64,000 nucleotides of DNA from an uncultured Parachlamydiaceae bacterium (GCA_963742415.1 CAVULX010000004.1:832001-896000), one strand, 5' to 3'. Counted from the stretch's first letter, positions 28,720 to 39,950 are shown. Translations and numbers: made by a program. Notes: generated by a model not told the origin, from the sequence alone.

Positions 28720-29601
28720 TTAAAGCCGGGGATGGAAGCTGTTAAACGCTTCGTGCAGATGGGTGCGGCTAACATGTGTATATCGATCGGTACTGCCGAT
28801 ATTCGAATGTCCTAGCATCTCTTGAATCACTCGTAAATCTGCGCCATTATCTAACAAATGGGTCGCAAATGAATGGCGCAACGTATGAGGGGAAATATTT
28901 TTTTTTATCCCCGCGGCTTTGGCATAACTTTTGATCAGTTTCCAAACCGCAATGCGCGAGAGGGGTTTTCCCTTTTTTGTCACAAATAAAGCTTGTTCGC
29001 TGCAATCCAAATTCCGATCTCGAAAGTTCACAAGATAATGATCCACAGCGGCAATCGCTTTTTGCCCTATAGGAACTAACCGTTCCTTGTTTCCTTTGCC
29101 CATAATCCTGACAAAGGAGTCGTTAACCGAATTTATCTCCAATTGACATAGTTCTGAAACACGCAACCCACTGGCATATAAAACCTCGAGTATTGCTTGA
29201 TCGCGGGCGCCTAATTCGGTCTTTGGATCAGGTTGTGAAATAAGCGATTTAACTTCTTCGTATGTAAGTACTTCAGGGATCATTTGCCAGAGCTTAGGAG
29301 TTTCCAAATAGAGGGCGATGTTGGTGTCGACAACACCCTCCCTTTTTAAAAACCGAAATAATACTTTGAGGGCGATCAAATGACGGGTCATACTTGCAGT
29401 GGCATACTGTTGCGTCTTTAATTGAGCAAGAAAGTCTACAATATGGGTTTCAGCCGCCTGAGCAAAACTTATCACACCATGGAATTGAAGAAATTTGCAG
29501 AAAGACTCGATATCCCGCCGATAAGCTTCGATGGAATTCAAAGCCAATCCTTTTTCTGAAGCGATGTAGCTGATAAAGTCTCGTAATTCAGTTTCTAGCA
29601 T
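28720..29601 (-). CDS. xerD: Site-specific tyrosine recombinase XerD
   Basis: LYASGLRVSEL, GKGNKERLVP, HTLRHSFATHLL..GADLRVIQEMLGH....T..YTHV. Confidence 0.9.
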   Translation of the reverse strand: MLETELRDFISYIASEKGLALNSIEAYRRDIESFCKFLQFHGVISFAQAAETHIVDFLAQLKTQQYATASMTRHLIALKVLFRFLKREGVVDTNIALYLETPKLWQMIPEVLTYEEVKSLISQPDPKTELGARDQAILEVLYASGLRVSELCQLEINSVNDSFVRIMGKGNKERLVPIGQKAIAAVDHYLVNFRDRNLDCSEQALFVTKKGKPLSRIAVWKLIKSYAKAAGIKKNISPHTLRHSFATHLLDNGADLRVIQEMLGHSNIGSTDRYTHVSRTHLHEAFNSFHPRL

Positions 29602-30359
29602 GGGTTCTGTTTTATATATTTTTCAAAATATGGCAATAAAAAAGGCTTGCGCGCCCCTTTAAAATGGAGAATTTTTTTATCCGGATAGTAATCCTCCATT
29701 TGGTCGTCTTCTGTAGAAAAGTTATAAAGCGAACACGGAAGGAGCAAAATGTGAGTTTGGCCAATTGTCAAAGTATCACTCTTCCGCTTAAAAAAAGCAT
29801 CAATACCTATAGCCCGCAACAAAGCCCGCTGGTTGCCATACCAAGCATAATAGCGGGGTTTTTCCAAAGAGATCTTGAGAACCTTTTCCATAAAGGCTAA
29901 ACCTCTATCAAAGCCATTTTCATGGATGATAATCACCCCCCCGTTTATTGGGGTTATATGGGCCCGGTAGGTCAAGGCCACATCAAAAGGTTGGTTAAAA
30001 AGAGGATTGAGATCCCCTTGCACTAACATGTCATAATCGAGGAAAATAACTGAACCGGGATTCTCCCTTTGTTTTAGAAAAGCAACTTGGGCCTTTGTCC
30101 TGCTTAAACCAATAAAATTAGTATCGAGATCGTATCGAAATAGGTCGCTTTCAGGCGAAATTGGAAATTCTGTCTTGAGATCTGTCAAGATGGCTGTCCG
30201 GCAATGAGGATGAAATCGTCGTATAGACGCAAAAAGAACCTCGATCAATTGCTGTGCTGGGAAATCGACAAAGCAGGGTTCGACTTTTAAAATATTGCTC
30301 TTCGCCTCAGCCGTTAACTCTGCATGAAAAACAGCAAAAGTTAACGGCTTTATTTGCAT
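29595..30359 (-). CDS. GT-A fold nucleotide-diphospho-sugar transferase-like protein
   Basis: FLDYDML (DxD), INGGV, GNQRAL, YNF, ILHFKGARK. Confidence 0.7.
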   Translation of the reverse strand: MQIKPLTFAVFHAELTAEAKSNILKVEPCFVDFPAQQLIEVLFASIRRFHPHCRTAILTDLKTEFPISPESDLFRYDLDTNFIGLSRTKAQVAFLKQRENPGSVIFLDYDMLVQGDLNPLFNQPFDVALTYRAHITPINGGVIIIHENGFDRGLAFMEKVLKISLEKPRYYAWYGNQRALLRAIGIDAFFKRKSDTLTIGQTHILLLPCSLYNFSTEDDQMEDYYPDKKILHFKGARKPFLLPYFEKYIKQNPC

Positions 30360-30376
30360 AGCTGAACCTCTCTTGC

Positions 30377-32953
30377 CTATTTCACGACAAGATTTAACAG
30401 TTTATTTGGAACAAAAACGACTTTTTCCAAAGTCACACCATCTAAATATTTAGCAATGGCAGGGTTCTTTTTGGCGGCATCTAAAACAATCTCTTGGGTT
30501 TGATCTTTGGGCAGCTCAAACCGTCCCCTCAATTTTCCATTGACCTGCACCACATAGGTGATGATTGCATCTTCAAGGTACTTAGGATCGATTTCTGGAT
30601 AGGGATGATAGCTGAGAGATTCTTTACAGCCCAACAATGACCAAACTTCTTCGGCTAAGTGGGGTGCAAAAGGCATTAAAGCTTGCGTGACCATTTTGAC
30701 AATACTCCGCGGATAAGCAGGCAGCTTCGTGAATTCATTCATGAACTCCATCATTTTTGCTATGGCCGTGTTGAATTGCAGAGCCTCGATATCTTTTGCG
30801 ACTCCATGCACAACGCGATGTCCTAATTTGCACGCTTCCAAAGTTTCTTCCTCCGCTATTTTATTAGAAACCCCCATTTCATAAAAACGGGCCAAAAAAC
30901 GGCGGCAGCCATTGACAGCGTCTGTGTTCCAAATTTTTTCTTTTTCAAGAGGCCCCATAAACATTTCGTAGAGGCGGAGGGAATCAGCGCCAAATTCTTC
31001 AATAATGTCATCTGGGACAATTCCGTTTAGTTTTGATTTAGACATTTTATCGATCTGAGATCGGAGGGCCTCTCCCGTCTTGCTGTGAATAAATTTCCCC
31101 TCTTTCTCCTGCACATCCTCAGGTGAAACGTAGGCACCCAACTTATTTTGAAACGATCGGGCTAGAATCATCCCCTGGTTGCGCAAAGTTTGGAACGGTT
31201 CCAAGGTGGATACTAATCCACAATCATATAATACCTTATGCCAAAAGCGGGAATATAATAGGTGCAAGACCGCATGTTCTGCCCCGCCGACATACATATC
31301 GACAGGCATCCAATATTTTTCTGCTTCGCGGCTGAAGGCCTGTTTATCATTTGCAGGATCGCAAAAGCGCAAATAATACCAACAGGAGCCAGCCCATTGA
31401 GGCATCGTATTTGTTTCCCTTAATGCTTTTTTTCCCGATTTTACATCCACAATTTCTACCCAAGATTTTTCTTGAGCCAAGGGACTTAATCCATCAGCGG
31501 TCGGAGTATATTTTGTGACCTGAGGAGGACATAAGGGCAACTCATCCAAATCTAAGACACGCTTTGTGCCATCCTCAAAATGGAGGATCGGAAATGGCTC
31601 TCCCCAATATCTTTGGCGAGAAAAAAGCCAATCGCGCAGTTTATATTGAACACTCCCCTTTCCATACCCTTTCTTTTCCAGCCACCGCGTAATAGCCGGC
31701 TTTGCTTTTGCTGCATCTAGCCCATTGATAGAAAAATCTCCGCTCGACCCGTTGACACATGTTCCTTCTCCTGTCCAACACATTTGCCCAGCTAACACTT
31801 TTTTTCTCACTTCTTGAGGATCCATCCCATCCGCCAACTCGGGATGAGCCTCGACATTGGGATCATACACAGGAATCACAGGCAAGTTGTATTTCTGAGC
31901 AAAGGCAAAATCACGTTCGTCATGAGAGGGAACAGCCATAATCGCACCGGTTCCATATCCCATCAGGACATAATCTGAAATCCAGATAGGGATTTCACGG
32001 TTATTGACAGGGTTGATCGCATAAGCGCCGGTAAAAACCCCTGTCTTATCTTTGTTTAGATCGGTCCGGTCCAGATCATTTTTAGTCGCAGTTAATTGCT
32101 GGTATTGGGTCACAGCCTCCCTTTGTGATGGAGTTGTCATTTTATTGACTAGGGGATGCTCTGGAGCTAGAACCATGAAAGTCACCCCAAATAAGGTATC
32201 CGGGCATGTAGTAAACACAGTGAATTTTTCTTCTGCTCCTTTGACGGGAAATTCTACTTGCGCCCCTTCGCTTCTTCCAATCCAATTGATTTGCAGTTTT
32301 TTGAGGCTCTCGGGCCAATCCAAGAGGTCTAAATCCTCGAGAAGCCGATCGGCATAGGCAGTAATTTTCAATACCCATTGACGCAAAGGACGACGTTCAA
32401 CAGGATGCCCCCCCTCTTTTGACATCCCATTTTCCACTTCTTCATTGGCCAAAACAGTTCCAAGGGCAGGACAAAAGTTGACATACATTTCGGCTTCATA
32501 AGCCAACCCTTTTTCATAGAGCTTTGTAAAAATCCACTGTGTCCATTTGTAGTAACGAGGATCGCTTGTGGCAAACTCCCGATCCCAGTCATAGCTAAAT
32601 CCCAAGGCGTGTAACTGCTTGCGAAAGTTGTCGATATTGTGTTGAGTCGTGATGGCAGGATGTGTGCCGGTACGAATAGCATATTGTTCTGCCGGAAGGC
32701 CAAAGCTATCCCACCCCATGGGATGCAATACATTAAATCCCCGCTGCCTTTTATAACGGGCTAGAATATCTGTCGCTGTATACCCTTCCACATGGCCCAC
32801 GTGAAGGCCTGATCCGGAAGGATAAGGAAACATGTCGAGAACATAATACTTGGGCTTCGACGATTCTACCTCAGCTTTGAAGGTTTTATTTTTCAGCCAG
32901 TATTCTTGCCATTTAGCTTCTATTCTTTTGTGATCATACTTCATGGGAGTCAT
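30377..32953 (-). CDS. leuS: Leucine--tRNA ligase
   Basis: [34 protein letters not shown]. Confidence 0.98.
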   Translation of the reverse strand: MTPMKYDHKRIEAKWQEYWLKNKTFKAEVESSKPKYYVLDMFPYPSGSGLHVGHVEGYTATDILARYKRQRGFNVLHPMGWDSFGLPAEQYAIRTGTHPAITTQHNIDNFRKQLHALGFSYDWDREFATSDPRYYKWTQWIFTKLYEKGLAYEAEMYVNFCPALGTVLANEEVENGMSKEGGHPVERRPLRQWVLKITAYADRLLEDLDLLDWPESLKKLQINWIGRSEGAQVEFPVKGAEEKFTVFTTCPDTLFGVTFMVLAPEHPLVNKMTTPSQREAVTQYQQLTATKNDLDRTDLNKDKTGVFTGAYAINPVNNREIPIWISDYVLMGYGTGAIMAVPSHDERDFAFAQKYNLPVIPVYDPNVEAHPELADGMDPQEVRKKVLAGQMCWTGEGTCVNGSSGDFSINGLDAAKAKPAITRWLEKKGYGKGSVQYKLRDWLFSRQRYWGEPFPILHFEDGTKRVLDLDELPLCPPQVTKYTPTADGLSPLAQEKSWVEIVDVKSGKKALRETNTMPQWAGSCWYYLRFCDPANDKQAFSREAEKYWMPVDMYVGGAEHAVLHLLYSRFWHKVLYDCGLVSTLEPFQTLRNQGMILARSFQNKLGAYVSPEDVQEKEGKFIHSKTGEALRSQIDKMSKSKLNGIVPDDIIEEFGADSLRLYEMFMGPLEKEKIWNTDAVNGCRRFLARFYEMGVSNKIAEEETLEACKLGHRVVHGVAKDIEALQFNTAIAKMMEFMNEFTKLPAYPRSIVKMVTQALMPFAPHLAEEVWSLLGCKESLSYHPYPEIDPKYLEDAIITYVVQVNGKLRGRFELPKDQTQEIVLDAAKKNPAIAKYLDGVTLEKVVFVPNKLLNLVVK

Positions 32954-33073
32954 TTCATTCCTCGCAGTAAAAATTATATATAATTGAATTTAAAATCATT
33001 TGGGAATAATTATATCAAATGGGTTCGATAGATTCTATGGGATTTAATCAAGATTCTGTGCTAAACTATCACC

Positions 33074-35347
33074 ATGGTAAAAAAAACAAAACATTCAAAA
33101 AAAAACTCCCCTCCCCCTGAATCACCTAAAGAGGAAAAATTATTTCAAAATCTTCTTCGCAGTACACAACAGTACATGTCTGGAAAAGGATATAAACCTC
33201 TAAATGCACAACAACTCATGGCGCGCCTCAATTTACCGGAACAACATGCGCCCCTGTTTCATTCTATTTTGAATTCCTTGCAAGAACAAGGTCTTGTGGA
33301 AGTGGTTCGAGGAGCTTACATTTGGAAACAATCCCAAGCAAACATTGCAACTGGGGTCTTGAGCGTGCACGCCCGCGGATTCGGCTTTTTGCGGCCCGAT
33401 GATCCGATTCAATTCCCTGACGATATTTTTATCCCTAAGCATCTGACCCTTAACGCTATAGATGGTGATCTCGTCGAAGTCCTAGTGAACACCGAAATTG
33501 TATCGGAAAAAGGGCCAGAAGGCCGCGTGGTCACAATTTTATCCCGGGGAAGAACTCATGTTGCAGGGATTATCACGGAAGCCACCCCTTATGGGGAAAT
33601 TTCAGCCTATGCTCCCCTTCTTGGCATGCAGCAGCGTGTCCTTGTGAAACCCTCCCCTGAATACAAATTAAAAGAGGGGGATCGTGTCGTAATGGAAGTG
33701 ATGGATTGGGGATCCAAAGGATCTGAAACCCTCTGTCGCATGTCACATTATATCGGCCATATTTCCGATCCCTCTTGTGATGTGGCAGCCGCTATTGAAG
33801 AATTCGAACTGCATTCCGAATTTTCACAACATACGCTCAGCGAAGCGCGCCGATTTGGTTCCAAAGTCACTTCAAAGGAGATCTCCGAACGTGAAGATCT
33901 GCGTCAATTAGAGTGCTTCACCATCGATCCTGACACAGCCAAAGACTTTGATGATGCCATCAGCTTAACACTAGACTCCAAGGGGATCTACCACCTCGGG
34001 GTCCATATCGCTGATGTCTCCCATTATGTGAAACCGGGAAGCGCGCTCGACAAAGAAGCAGGAATGCGGTGCAATTCCACCTATTTTCCTGGTGCTTGCA
34101 TTCCCATGCTTCCATCTGAACTATCTAATCATCTATGCAGTCTAAAACCTAATGTCAACCGTCTAACGGCTTCTGTTTTAATGCAATTTGATGGCGAAGG
34201 AAACATGATCGACTATCGGATTACCCGTTCGGTGATCAAAAGTGCTAAACGATTTACCTACCGGGAAGCCAAAAGTGTTCTCGATGGCAAAAAGAAAAGC
34301 CGGCATCAAGAGGTTCTCAGCTTGATGGTGCAGTTATGCCTTTTGCTTAAAAAGAAGCGGTATGAAAGGGGAAGCATTGAGTTTGCTATTCCCGAATTGG
34401 TTGTCATCGTTGATGAAGCAGGAGTTCCCCGCCGATTTGATTATGTCGAATACGATATCACCCATCAACTCGTCGAAGAATTTATGTTGAAAGCCAACGA
34501 AACCGTAGCTACCCATCTAAACCGCATGGGTAAAGAGTTGACTTATAGGGTTCACGAAGAGCCTGCTGAAGAAAATCTAAAAGATTTCTCCATGTTAGCC
34601 CGTGCGTTTGGATTTGATCTCCCCGAAAAACCATCCTCTTTTGATCTTCAAAAAATGTTTGACGAAGCATTAAAAACTCCTTATGGACAATACCTTGCCT
34701 CAGGCTATATCCGTCGGATGCGTCTAGCCATTTATTCGCCTGAAAATATTGGTCATTATGGATTAGGTCTTACCCATTATTGCCATTTTACAAGTCCAAT
34801 TCGACGTTATATCGACCTCGTCATCCATCGGATTCTTTTTGGGGATGAAATGTCATCAGAAAGTTTAGAAGCAATTGCTTTGGAATGTTCTGAACAAGAG
34901 AGGATGAGCGCTAAAGCTGAACAAACTGTATTGCTGCTAAAAAAATTACGCCTTCTCAAAAACATCCATGAGTTAGAGCCTCGTAAACAATTTGAAGCCA
35001 TTATAACTAAAGTGAAGCCATTTGGGATCTATTTCGAGGTATTAGTAGCGATGTTAGAAGGCTTTCTCCATATCTCAGATTTAAGGAATGATTATTTCTT
35101 GTTCCAAGAAGATAAAGGAAGGCTCTATGGAACTCATAAGGGGTATACCTACGCAAATGGGGACAAAATTACTGTAATGCTAAAGGAAGTAGACCTCATC
35201 AGGCAAGAGTCCTCCTGGTTTTTAGTCATGGAATCCACCCCCCCTAGCAGAAAAGGGAAAGCACCCTCTTCTAAAGAGAAGGTCAAAAACCAAAGGAAAA
35301 TAAAGTTCAGCTCCAAGAAAAAACACCGCAAAACTCCAAAAAAATAA
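33074..35347 (+). CDS. rnr: Ribonuclease R
   Basis: Cold-shock domain HARGFGF, TIDPDTAKDFDDAI, HFTSPIRRY, S1 domain, basic tail. Confidence 0.95.
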   Translation: MVKKTKHSKKNSPPPESPKEEKLFQNLLRSTQQYMSGKGYKPLNAQQLMARLNLPEQHAPLFHSILNSLQEQGLVEVVRGAYIWKQSQANIATGVLSVHARGFGFLRPDDPIQFPDDIFIPKHLTLNAIDGDLVEVLVNTEIVSEKGPEGRVVTILSRGRTHVAGIITEATPYGEISAYAPLLGMQQRVLVKPSPEYKLKEGDRVVMEVMDWGSKGSETLCRMSHYIGHISDPSCDVAAAIEEFELHSEFSQHTLSEARRFGSKVTSKEISEREDLRQLECFTIDPDTAKDFDDAISLTLDSKGIYHLGVHIADVSHYVKPGSALDKEAGMRCNSTYFPGACIPMLPSELSNHLCSLKPNVNRLTASVLMQFDGEGNMIDYRITRSVIKSAKRFTYREAKSVLDGKKKSRHQEVLSLMVQLCLLLKKKRYERGSIEFAIPELVVIVDEAGVPRRFDYVEYDITHQLVEEFMLKANETVATHLNRMGKELTYRVHEEPAEENLKDFSMLARAFGFDLPEKPSSFDLQKMFDEALKTPYGQYLASGYIRRMRLAIYSPENIGHYGLGLTHYCHFTSPIRRYIDLVIHRILFGDEMSSESLEAIALECSEQERMSAKAEQTVLLLKKLRLLKNIHELEPRKQFEAIITKVKPFGIYFEVLVAMLEGFLHISDLRNDYFLFQEDKGRLYGTHKGYTYANGDKITVMLKEVDLIRQESSWFLVMESTPPSRKGKAPSSKEKVKNQRKIKFSSKKKHRKTPKK

Positions 35348-35405
35348 AATGGAAACCTTCGATACCTCCATTTTGTTGTTTTAAATTTGACAGCTAAAAT
35401 CTACA

Positions 35406-36746
35406 ATGCCGTTTATGAAGGCTATCAAGGATTATAGGATTGTCAATAACCTCGATGTAGATTCCGAGCAAGGGGCAGCCCTCGCAGCTTGGGGGCAAGC
35501 TGAAATCTCGTTAGCTGAAAGCGAAATGCCTGGCTTGATGAGTGTACGTCAGGAATTTCTGTCTCAAAAGCCTCTGCAAGGCGCTCGGATCGCCGGCTGC
35601 CTCCATATGACTGCTCAAACTGGGGTCTTGATAGAAACTTTAATCGACTTAGGCGCAAAAGTCCGATGGTCTTCCTGTAATATTTTTTCCACCCAAGATC
35701 AAGCTGCTGCAGCCATAGCCGCAAAAGGAATACCAGTCTTCGCGTGGAAAGGGATGTCTTTAGAAGACTATGAATGGTGCATTAAGCAGACTCTGCATTT
35801 CGACGAAGGCCCCCTTAATATGATCATCGATGACGGCGGAGATCTAACCAACTATGTTCATGACCGCCAACCTGAACTTTTAAAGGGGATTCGAGGAATT
35901 TCAGAAGAAACAACAACGGGCGTTCGGAATCTCTACAAAAGGCTGCACCAAAAAACTCTCGGTGTTCCGGCTATCAACGTCAACGATTCAGTGACCAAAT
36001 CTAAGTTTGATAATTTGTATGGATGCCGGGAATCCTTTATCGATGGGCTCAAGCGGGCTACCGACATAATGATTGCGGGAAAAACCATTGTCATTGCAGG
36101 GTTTGGAGATGTCGGCAAAGGATGTGCGCAAGCCGCCGCCGCCTATGGAGCACATGTTCTCATCTGTGAAATCGATCCTATATGTGCCTATCAAGCAGCG
36201 ATGGAAGGGTTTCAGGTTATGACAATGGAGGAAGCCGCTCCACTTGGCGACATTTTTGTAACGGCAACCGGCTGCATCCAAGTGATCCGCTCAGAACATA
36301 TGGAAAAAATGAAGGATCAAGCCATACTGTGTAACATCGGCCATTTTGACACTGAGATCGACATGGCATGGCTGTACAAGAATCCGCAAATTCGAATAGA
36401 GCAGCTTAAACCGCAAGTCGATCGGTTTATCTGGAAAGATAAAAACAAGAGTTTAATCATCTTGGCCCAAGGGCGCTTGGTTAATTTGGGATGTGGCAAA
36501 GGACACCCCTCTTTTGTGATGTCCAACTCCTTTACGAATCAAATCCTTGCTCAAATCGAACTTTGGACCCATCCTGAAAATTATCCCATCAACGTTTATC
36601 GCCTCCCAAAGATATTAGATGAAAAAGTCGCAAGGCTTCATTTGGATAAGCTCGGCGTCCATCTCACCCTCCTGACAAAGGAACAAGCCGCCTATTTGGA
36701 TGTTCCCATCGAAGGCCCTTACAAACCCGATACTTATTTGTATTAG
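35406..36746 (+). CDS. ahcY: Adenosylhomocysteinase
   Basis: [63 protein letters not shown]. Confidence 0.97.
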   Translation: MPFMKAIKDYRIVNNLDVDSEQGAALAAWGQAEISLAESEMPGLMSVRQEFLSQKPLQGARIAGCLHMTAQTGVLIETLIDLGAKVRWSSCNIFSTQDQAAAAIAAKGIPVFAWKGMSLEDYEWCIKQTLHFDEGPLNMIIDDGGDLTNYVHDRQPELLKGIRGISEETTTGVRNLYKRLHQKTLGVPAINVNDSVTKSKFDNLYGCRESFIDGLKRATDIMIAGKTIVIAGFGDVGKGCAQAAAAYGAHVLICEIDPICAYQAAMEGFQVMTMEEAAPLGDIFVTATGCIQVIRSEHMEKMKDQAILCNIGHFDTEIDMAWLYKNPQIRIEQLKPQVDRFIWKDKNKSLIILAQGRLVNLGCGKGHPSFVMSNSFTNQILAQIELWTHPENYPINVYRLPKILDEKVARLHLDKLGVHLTLLTKEQAAYLDVPIEGPYKPDTYLY

Positions 36747-36749
36747 TTG

Positions 36750-37101
36750 GAAGACTCAAAAAAAAAACCTGGCTGGAAGACCCAAAAAAAACCACTGAGC
36801 CAGTGAGATCACTGAGGAAGTGTGAGATCAGTGAGGAAGTTGTAGAGAAAGAAAAAACAGGATAAGCATGATCGTAAACGGCAGGATAAGCATGATATTG
36901 AATAAAAAGGTTCAGGATGCGGGAATATAATTAAGTTTAAACTATTTTAAAAAAAATATTTTTTTTGTTTTATCCTGCTTATCCTGACGTTTACGATCAT
37001 GCTTATCCTGTTTTTTCCTTCTCTACAACTTCCTTACCGATCTCACACTTCCTCACTGATCTCACTGGCTCAGTGGTTTTTTTATGATTTTATGAGTCTT
37101 C
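36750..37101. repeat. Long composite palindrome, copy A (~113-bp arms 36785-36897 / 36971-37083)
   Basis: Arms are reverse complements with about 6 mismatches; an outer GAAGACTCA/TGAGTCTTC pair lies at 36750/37093. Confidence 0.95.
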
Positions 37102-37159
37102 AGTAGTTTTTTATTGGAATTTTTTTTTCCATTTGCTATGCTTCAACCTGTTCATAAGA

Positions 37160-37234
37160 CGGAGCATAGCGCAGCTTGGCTAGCGCGGCTGCTTTGGGAG
37201 CAGTAGGTCGGGGGTTCAAATCCCTCTGCTCCGA
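37160..37234 (+). tRNA. tRNA-Pro(UGG)
   Basis: CGGAGCA acceptor stem pairs with TGCTCCG, anticodon loop TTTGGGA, T-loop GGTTCAAATCC; CCA not encoded. Confidence 0.97.
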
Positions 37235-37244
37235 ATCTTACTGC

Positions 37245-37282
37245 AAGCTCCTATCTTTCGTTTAGAAAGTTAGGAGCTTTTT
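37245..37282 (+). terminator. Intrinsic terminator after tRNA-Pro
   Basis: AAGCTCCTA..CTTTC...GAAAG..TAGGAGCTT stem followed by Ts. Confidence 0.7.
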
Positions 37283-37297
37283 GTTTAGATAAGAGGA

Positions 37298-38458
37298 GTG
37301 TTTGTGTCCATTCAAATTTGCTTAGGGTGGCTTCATTGGAACCCTTCACGTGAACTATTTTCAATCCCCTATTTTGATCACCCCGTTGCCATCTACGGGG
37401 TCTTGTTTGCTACAGGATTCATTTTAGCCTATTTCATCTTGTGGTGGATGTTCACACAAAAACTTTCTCAGTCGAATACTCTTTACGAACATGACATAGC
37501 GAGTTGGCCTGCTTTGGTCAGGACGGTGGCTCAAGCAAACGAACACCCGGACCATCCTTTATATCCCCTCTATCAGAGGCTAGACCGCAAACTTAAGCAA
37601 GAGATCGGAACGCTTCAACCAGGCCAAGAGCTCCACGCTAACCAGAAAAAAGCTCTTCTGCAAGCCCTTAATGCAGCTCTTCATGATCCCCATTTACACC
37701 TTTCAAAAAAGAAATTGGAATCGTTAGATCCTAAAGCCTTCGCTCTCTCCAAAAACACCGCTTTAATGCTCACCGATAAGTTGACATGGTTTATCGTCTT
37801 AGGCACCCTCATCGGTGCGAGATTGGGGCACGTCTTCTTTTATGAATGGCCTGTTTATCAAAACGATTTAGGCCGGATTTTTAAAGTTTGGGAAGGAGGG
37901 CTTGCCAGCCACGGAGGAGTCTTGGGAATTTTAATCGCCATCTACCTTTACTCCCGCTGGGTCTTAAAAAAATTCCCCGAATTTTCTTTGATCTCCCTTT
38001 TAGATTGCATAGTTGTCCCCTCAGGACTTGTCGCTTGCTTCATCCGAATAGGCAATTTTTTCAATCAAGAAATTATGGGCCCCCCCACCACGATGCCTTG
38101 GGGAATTATTTTCGAAGATCCTTGGGATGGAGGGCCCATCGTGCCACGCCACCCCACCCAACTTTATGAAGCCATCGTCTATCTATCGATCTTTTGCCTC
38201 CTCCTTTTCCTATGGCAAAGAAAAAAGGGGGTGTTGCGCCCCGGCTATTTAAGCGGCTTGCTTTTTGTTCTCCTTTTCACCAGCCGGTTTTTCATCGAAT
38301 TTATCAAGCTCCCCCAAAGCATGATGATTGATGAATCCATCATCCAAATGGGACAATACCTCAGCCTTCCGTTTATTTTATTGGGATGCCTTCTCCTTTA
38401 CTATGGCTCTTCGATCGACAGGCAGATCCGCTTTAGAGCCAAGACAACTCAATCATAA
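37298..38458 (+). CDS. lgt: Prolipoprotein diacylglyceryl transferase with ~100-aa soluble insertion
   Basis: IGARLGHVFFY, VWEGGLASHGG, RIGNFFNQEI.G, RHPTQLYE, RFFIEF. Confidence 0.93.
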   Translation: MFVSIQICLGWLHWNPSRELFSIPYFDHPVAIYGVLFATGFILAYFILWWMFTQKLSQSNTLYEHDIASWPALVRTVAQANEHPDHPLYPLYQRLDRKLKQEIGTLQPGQELHANQKKALLQALNAALHDPHLHLSKKKLESLDPKAFALSKNTALMLTDKLTWFIVLGTLIGARLGHVFFYEWPVYQNDLGRIFKVWEGGLASHGGVLGILIAIYLYSRWVLKKFPEFSLISLLDCIVVPSGLVACFIRIGNFFNQEIMGPPTTMPWGIIFEDPWDGGPIVPRHPTQLYEAIVYLSIFCLLLFLWQRKKGVLRPGYLSGLLFVLLFTSRFFIEFIKLPQSMMIDESIIQMGQYLSLPFILLGCLLLYYGSSIDRQIRFRAKTTQS

Positions 38459-38612
38459 TAATTTTTATTGAGGTCATGTTGTGCATAAATGAATTCAATT
38501 AATTATTGACTTTTTTACACAATTCCTTCATGATTCTTTTAAGAAAAAGCAAATCTATCATTTAAACAAATATTTGTTTGCAATTATAGTTTTTTTATAG
38601 GAGTTTATTTTC

Positions 38613-38879
38613 ATGGCCAAATTAATTTTTGACCACAATGAGGAAGAAATTGAATTAGATGATGGGAACCCTATCGCAGAAGCTTGTGAAGAAGCAGGTG
38701 TTCCCTTTGCCTGCACTGAAGGGGTCTGCGGGACATGTGTGATTGAGATCAAAGAGGGGAAAGATAATTTGACTTCACCGACTCAAGAGGAACTCGATTT
38801 TCTCGGGGACGGCACATGCGGCGAACGCCTTGCCTGCCAATGCAAAATCAAGCAAGGTACAGTAAAAATTTCGTTTTAA
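38613..38879 (+). CDS. 2Fe-2S ferredoxin
   Basis: CTEGVCGTC...RLACQC. Confidence 0.93.
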   Translation: MAKLIFDHNEEEIELDDGNPIAEACEEAGVPFACTEGVCGTCVIEIKEGKDNLTSPTQEELDFLGDGTCGERLACQCKIKQGTVKISF

Positions 38880-38896
38880 TCTAAAAAGGTATATCT

Positions 38897-39490
38897 ATGT
38901 CAAGTACAGAAGAGCAAAAATCCTCAAAACAAACCATCCATCGTCACATGACGATCGATCAAATTCTTGGAATGTTCCCCTACAAAGCTCAAAAACTTTC
39001 ACAAGAAATTACCAAAGCCGGCTTGCATTGCATAGGGTGCCACGCGGCTACATGGGAAACACTTGAAGCAGGAATGTTAGGCCATGGGATGGATGAAGAG
39101 GCTATCAATCGACTTGTAGACCGTTTAAACCGTTTATTGAGCGAGCCCGATCCAGAGCCTGATACCATCACCTTAACAAAAAAAGCAGCCGAGAAGTTTA
39201 TGACAATTCTGAAAGAGGAAGGAAAACAGGGATGGGGATTGCGTTTTGGCGACCGTTTGGGAGGCTGCAGCGGGTTTGAATATATTTTGGACTACTCTGA
39301 AAAAGCCGAACCCGATGACAAAATTTATGAGTCTTACGGAGTGCAAATCCACGTCCAGAAAGATTCGGCAAAACGCCTTGAAGGATCTGAAATCGATTTC
39401 ATGGAGAGCTTGCAAGAATCGGGTTTTGTGGTCTCGAATCGAAAAGCCAAATCATCATGCGGATGTGGTTCCTCCCATAATTACGAATAA
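38897..39490 (+). CDS. HesB/IscA Fe-S carrier with an N-terminal CxxC (DUF1858-like) domain
   Basis: GLHCIGC....ETLE N-domain; GGCSG and CGCGSS C-domain. Confidence 0.88.
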   Translation: MSSTEEQKSSKQTIHRHMTIDQILGMFPYKAQKLSQEITKAGLHCIGCHAATWETLEAGMLGHGMDEEAINRLVDRLNRLLSEPDPEPDTITLTKKAAEKFMTILKEEGKQGWGLRFGDRLGGCSGFEYILDYSEKAEPDDKIYESYGVQIHVQKDSAKRLEGSEIDFMESLQESGFVVSNRKAKSSCGCGSSHNYE

Positions 39491-39554
39491 TTCTTTAGAC
39501 AGTACTTTGTGGACTCAGTGAATAAAAACCACGGAACTAATACGGTCAGTGTGT

Positions 39555-39808
39555 AAAAAAAACCACTGAGCCGGTGAGATCACAGAGGAAGTGCGAGATC
39601 AGTGAGGAAGTTGTAGAGAAGAAAAAAACAGGATAAGCATGATCGTAAACGGCAGGATGAGCAGGATATTGATAAAAAGGTTCAGGATATAATTAAGTAT
39701 AAACGATTTAATTTTTTTTGTTTTATCGTGCTTATCCTGCCATTTACGATCATGCTTATCCTGTTTTTTCCTTCTCTACAACTTCCTCACTGATCTCACA
39801 CTTTCTCT
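39555..39808. repeat. Long composite palindrome, copy B (right arm truncated)
   Basis: Near-identical to 36785-37083, including the spacer AAAAAGGTTCAGGAT in the same orientation. Confidence 0.95.
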
Positions 39809-39950
39809 ATTTCTGCAATAATTTGAAAGCCCTCATCTTTACACAATCTTTATTAAATTTTATTTAAAAATTAACATTTCAATTGTTGAAAACATTGAAA
39901 AAAAATGTTAAAATAATCTCCAAATAAATAATTTAATATTGATAATATTC

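Noticed and set aside
28720..29601. Phage or island integrase
   Set aside because: Length and motifs fit housekeeping XerD, it is operonic with leuS, and no att sites or mobile cargo were seen.
35348..35500. SAH riboswitch upstream of ahcY
   Set aside because: The intergenic gap is only 58 bp and AT-rich. The GC-rich CCGAG...GCAGC stretch lies inside the coding sequence and does not reproduce the consensus pairing.
37160..37300. Genomic island integrated at tRNA-Pro
   Set aside because: No duplicated tRNA 3' end was found and downstream genes are housekeeping.
36785..39808. CRISPR array
   Set aside because: The repeats are inverted arms with short tandem periodicity, there are no unique equal-length spacers, and no cas genes are in the window.
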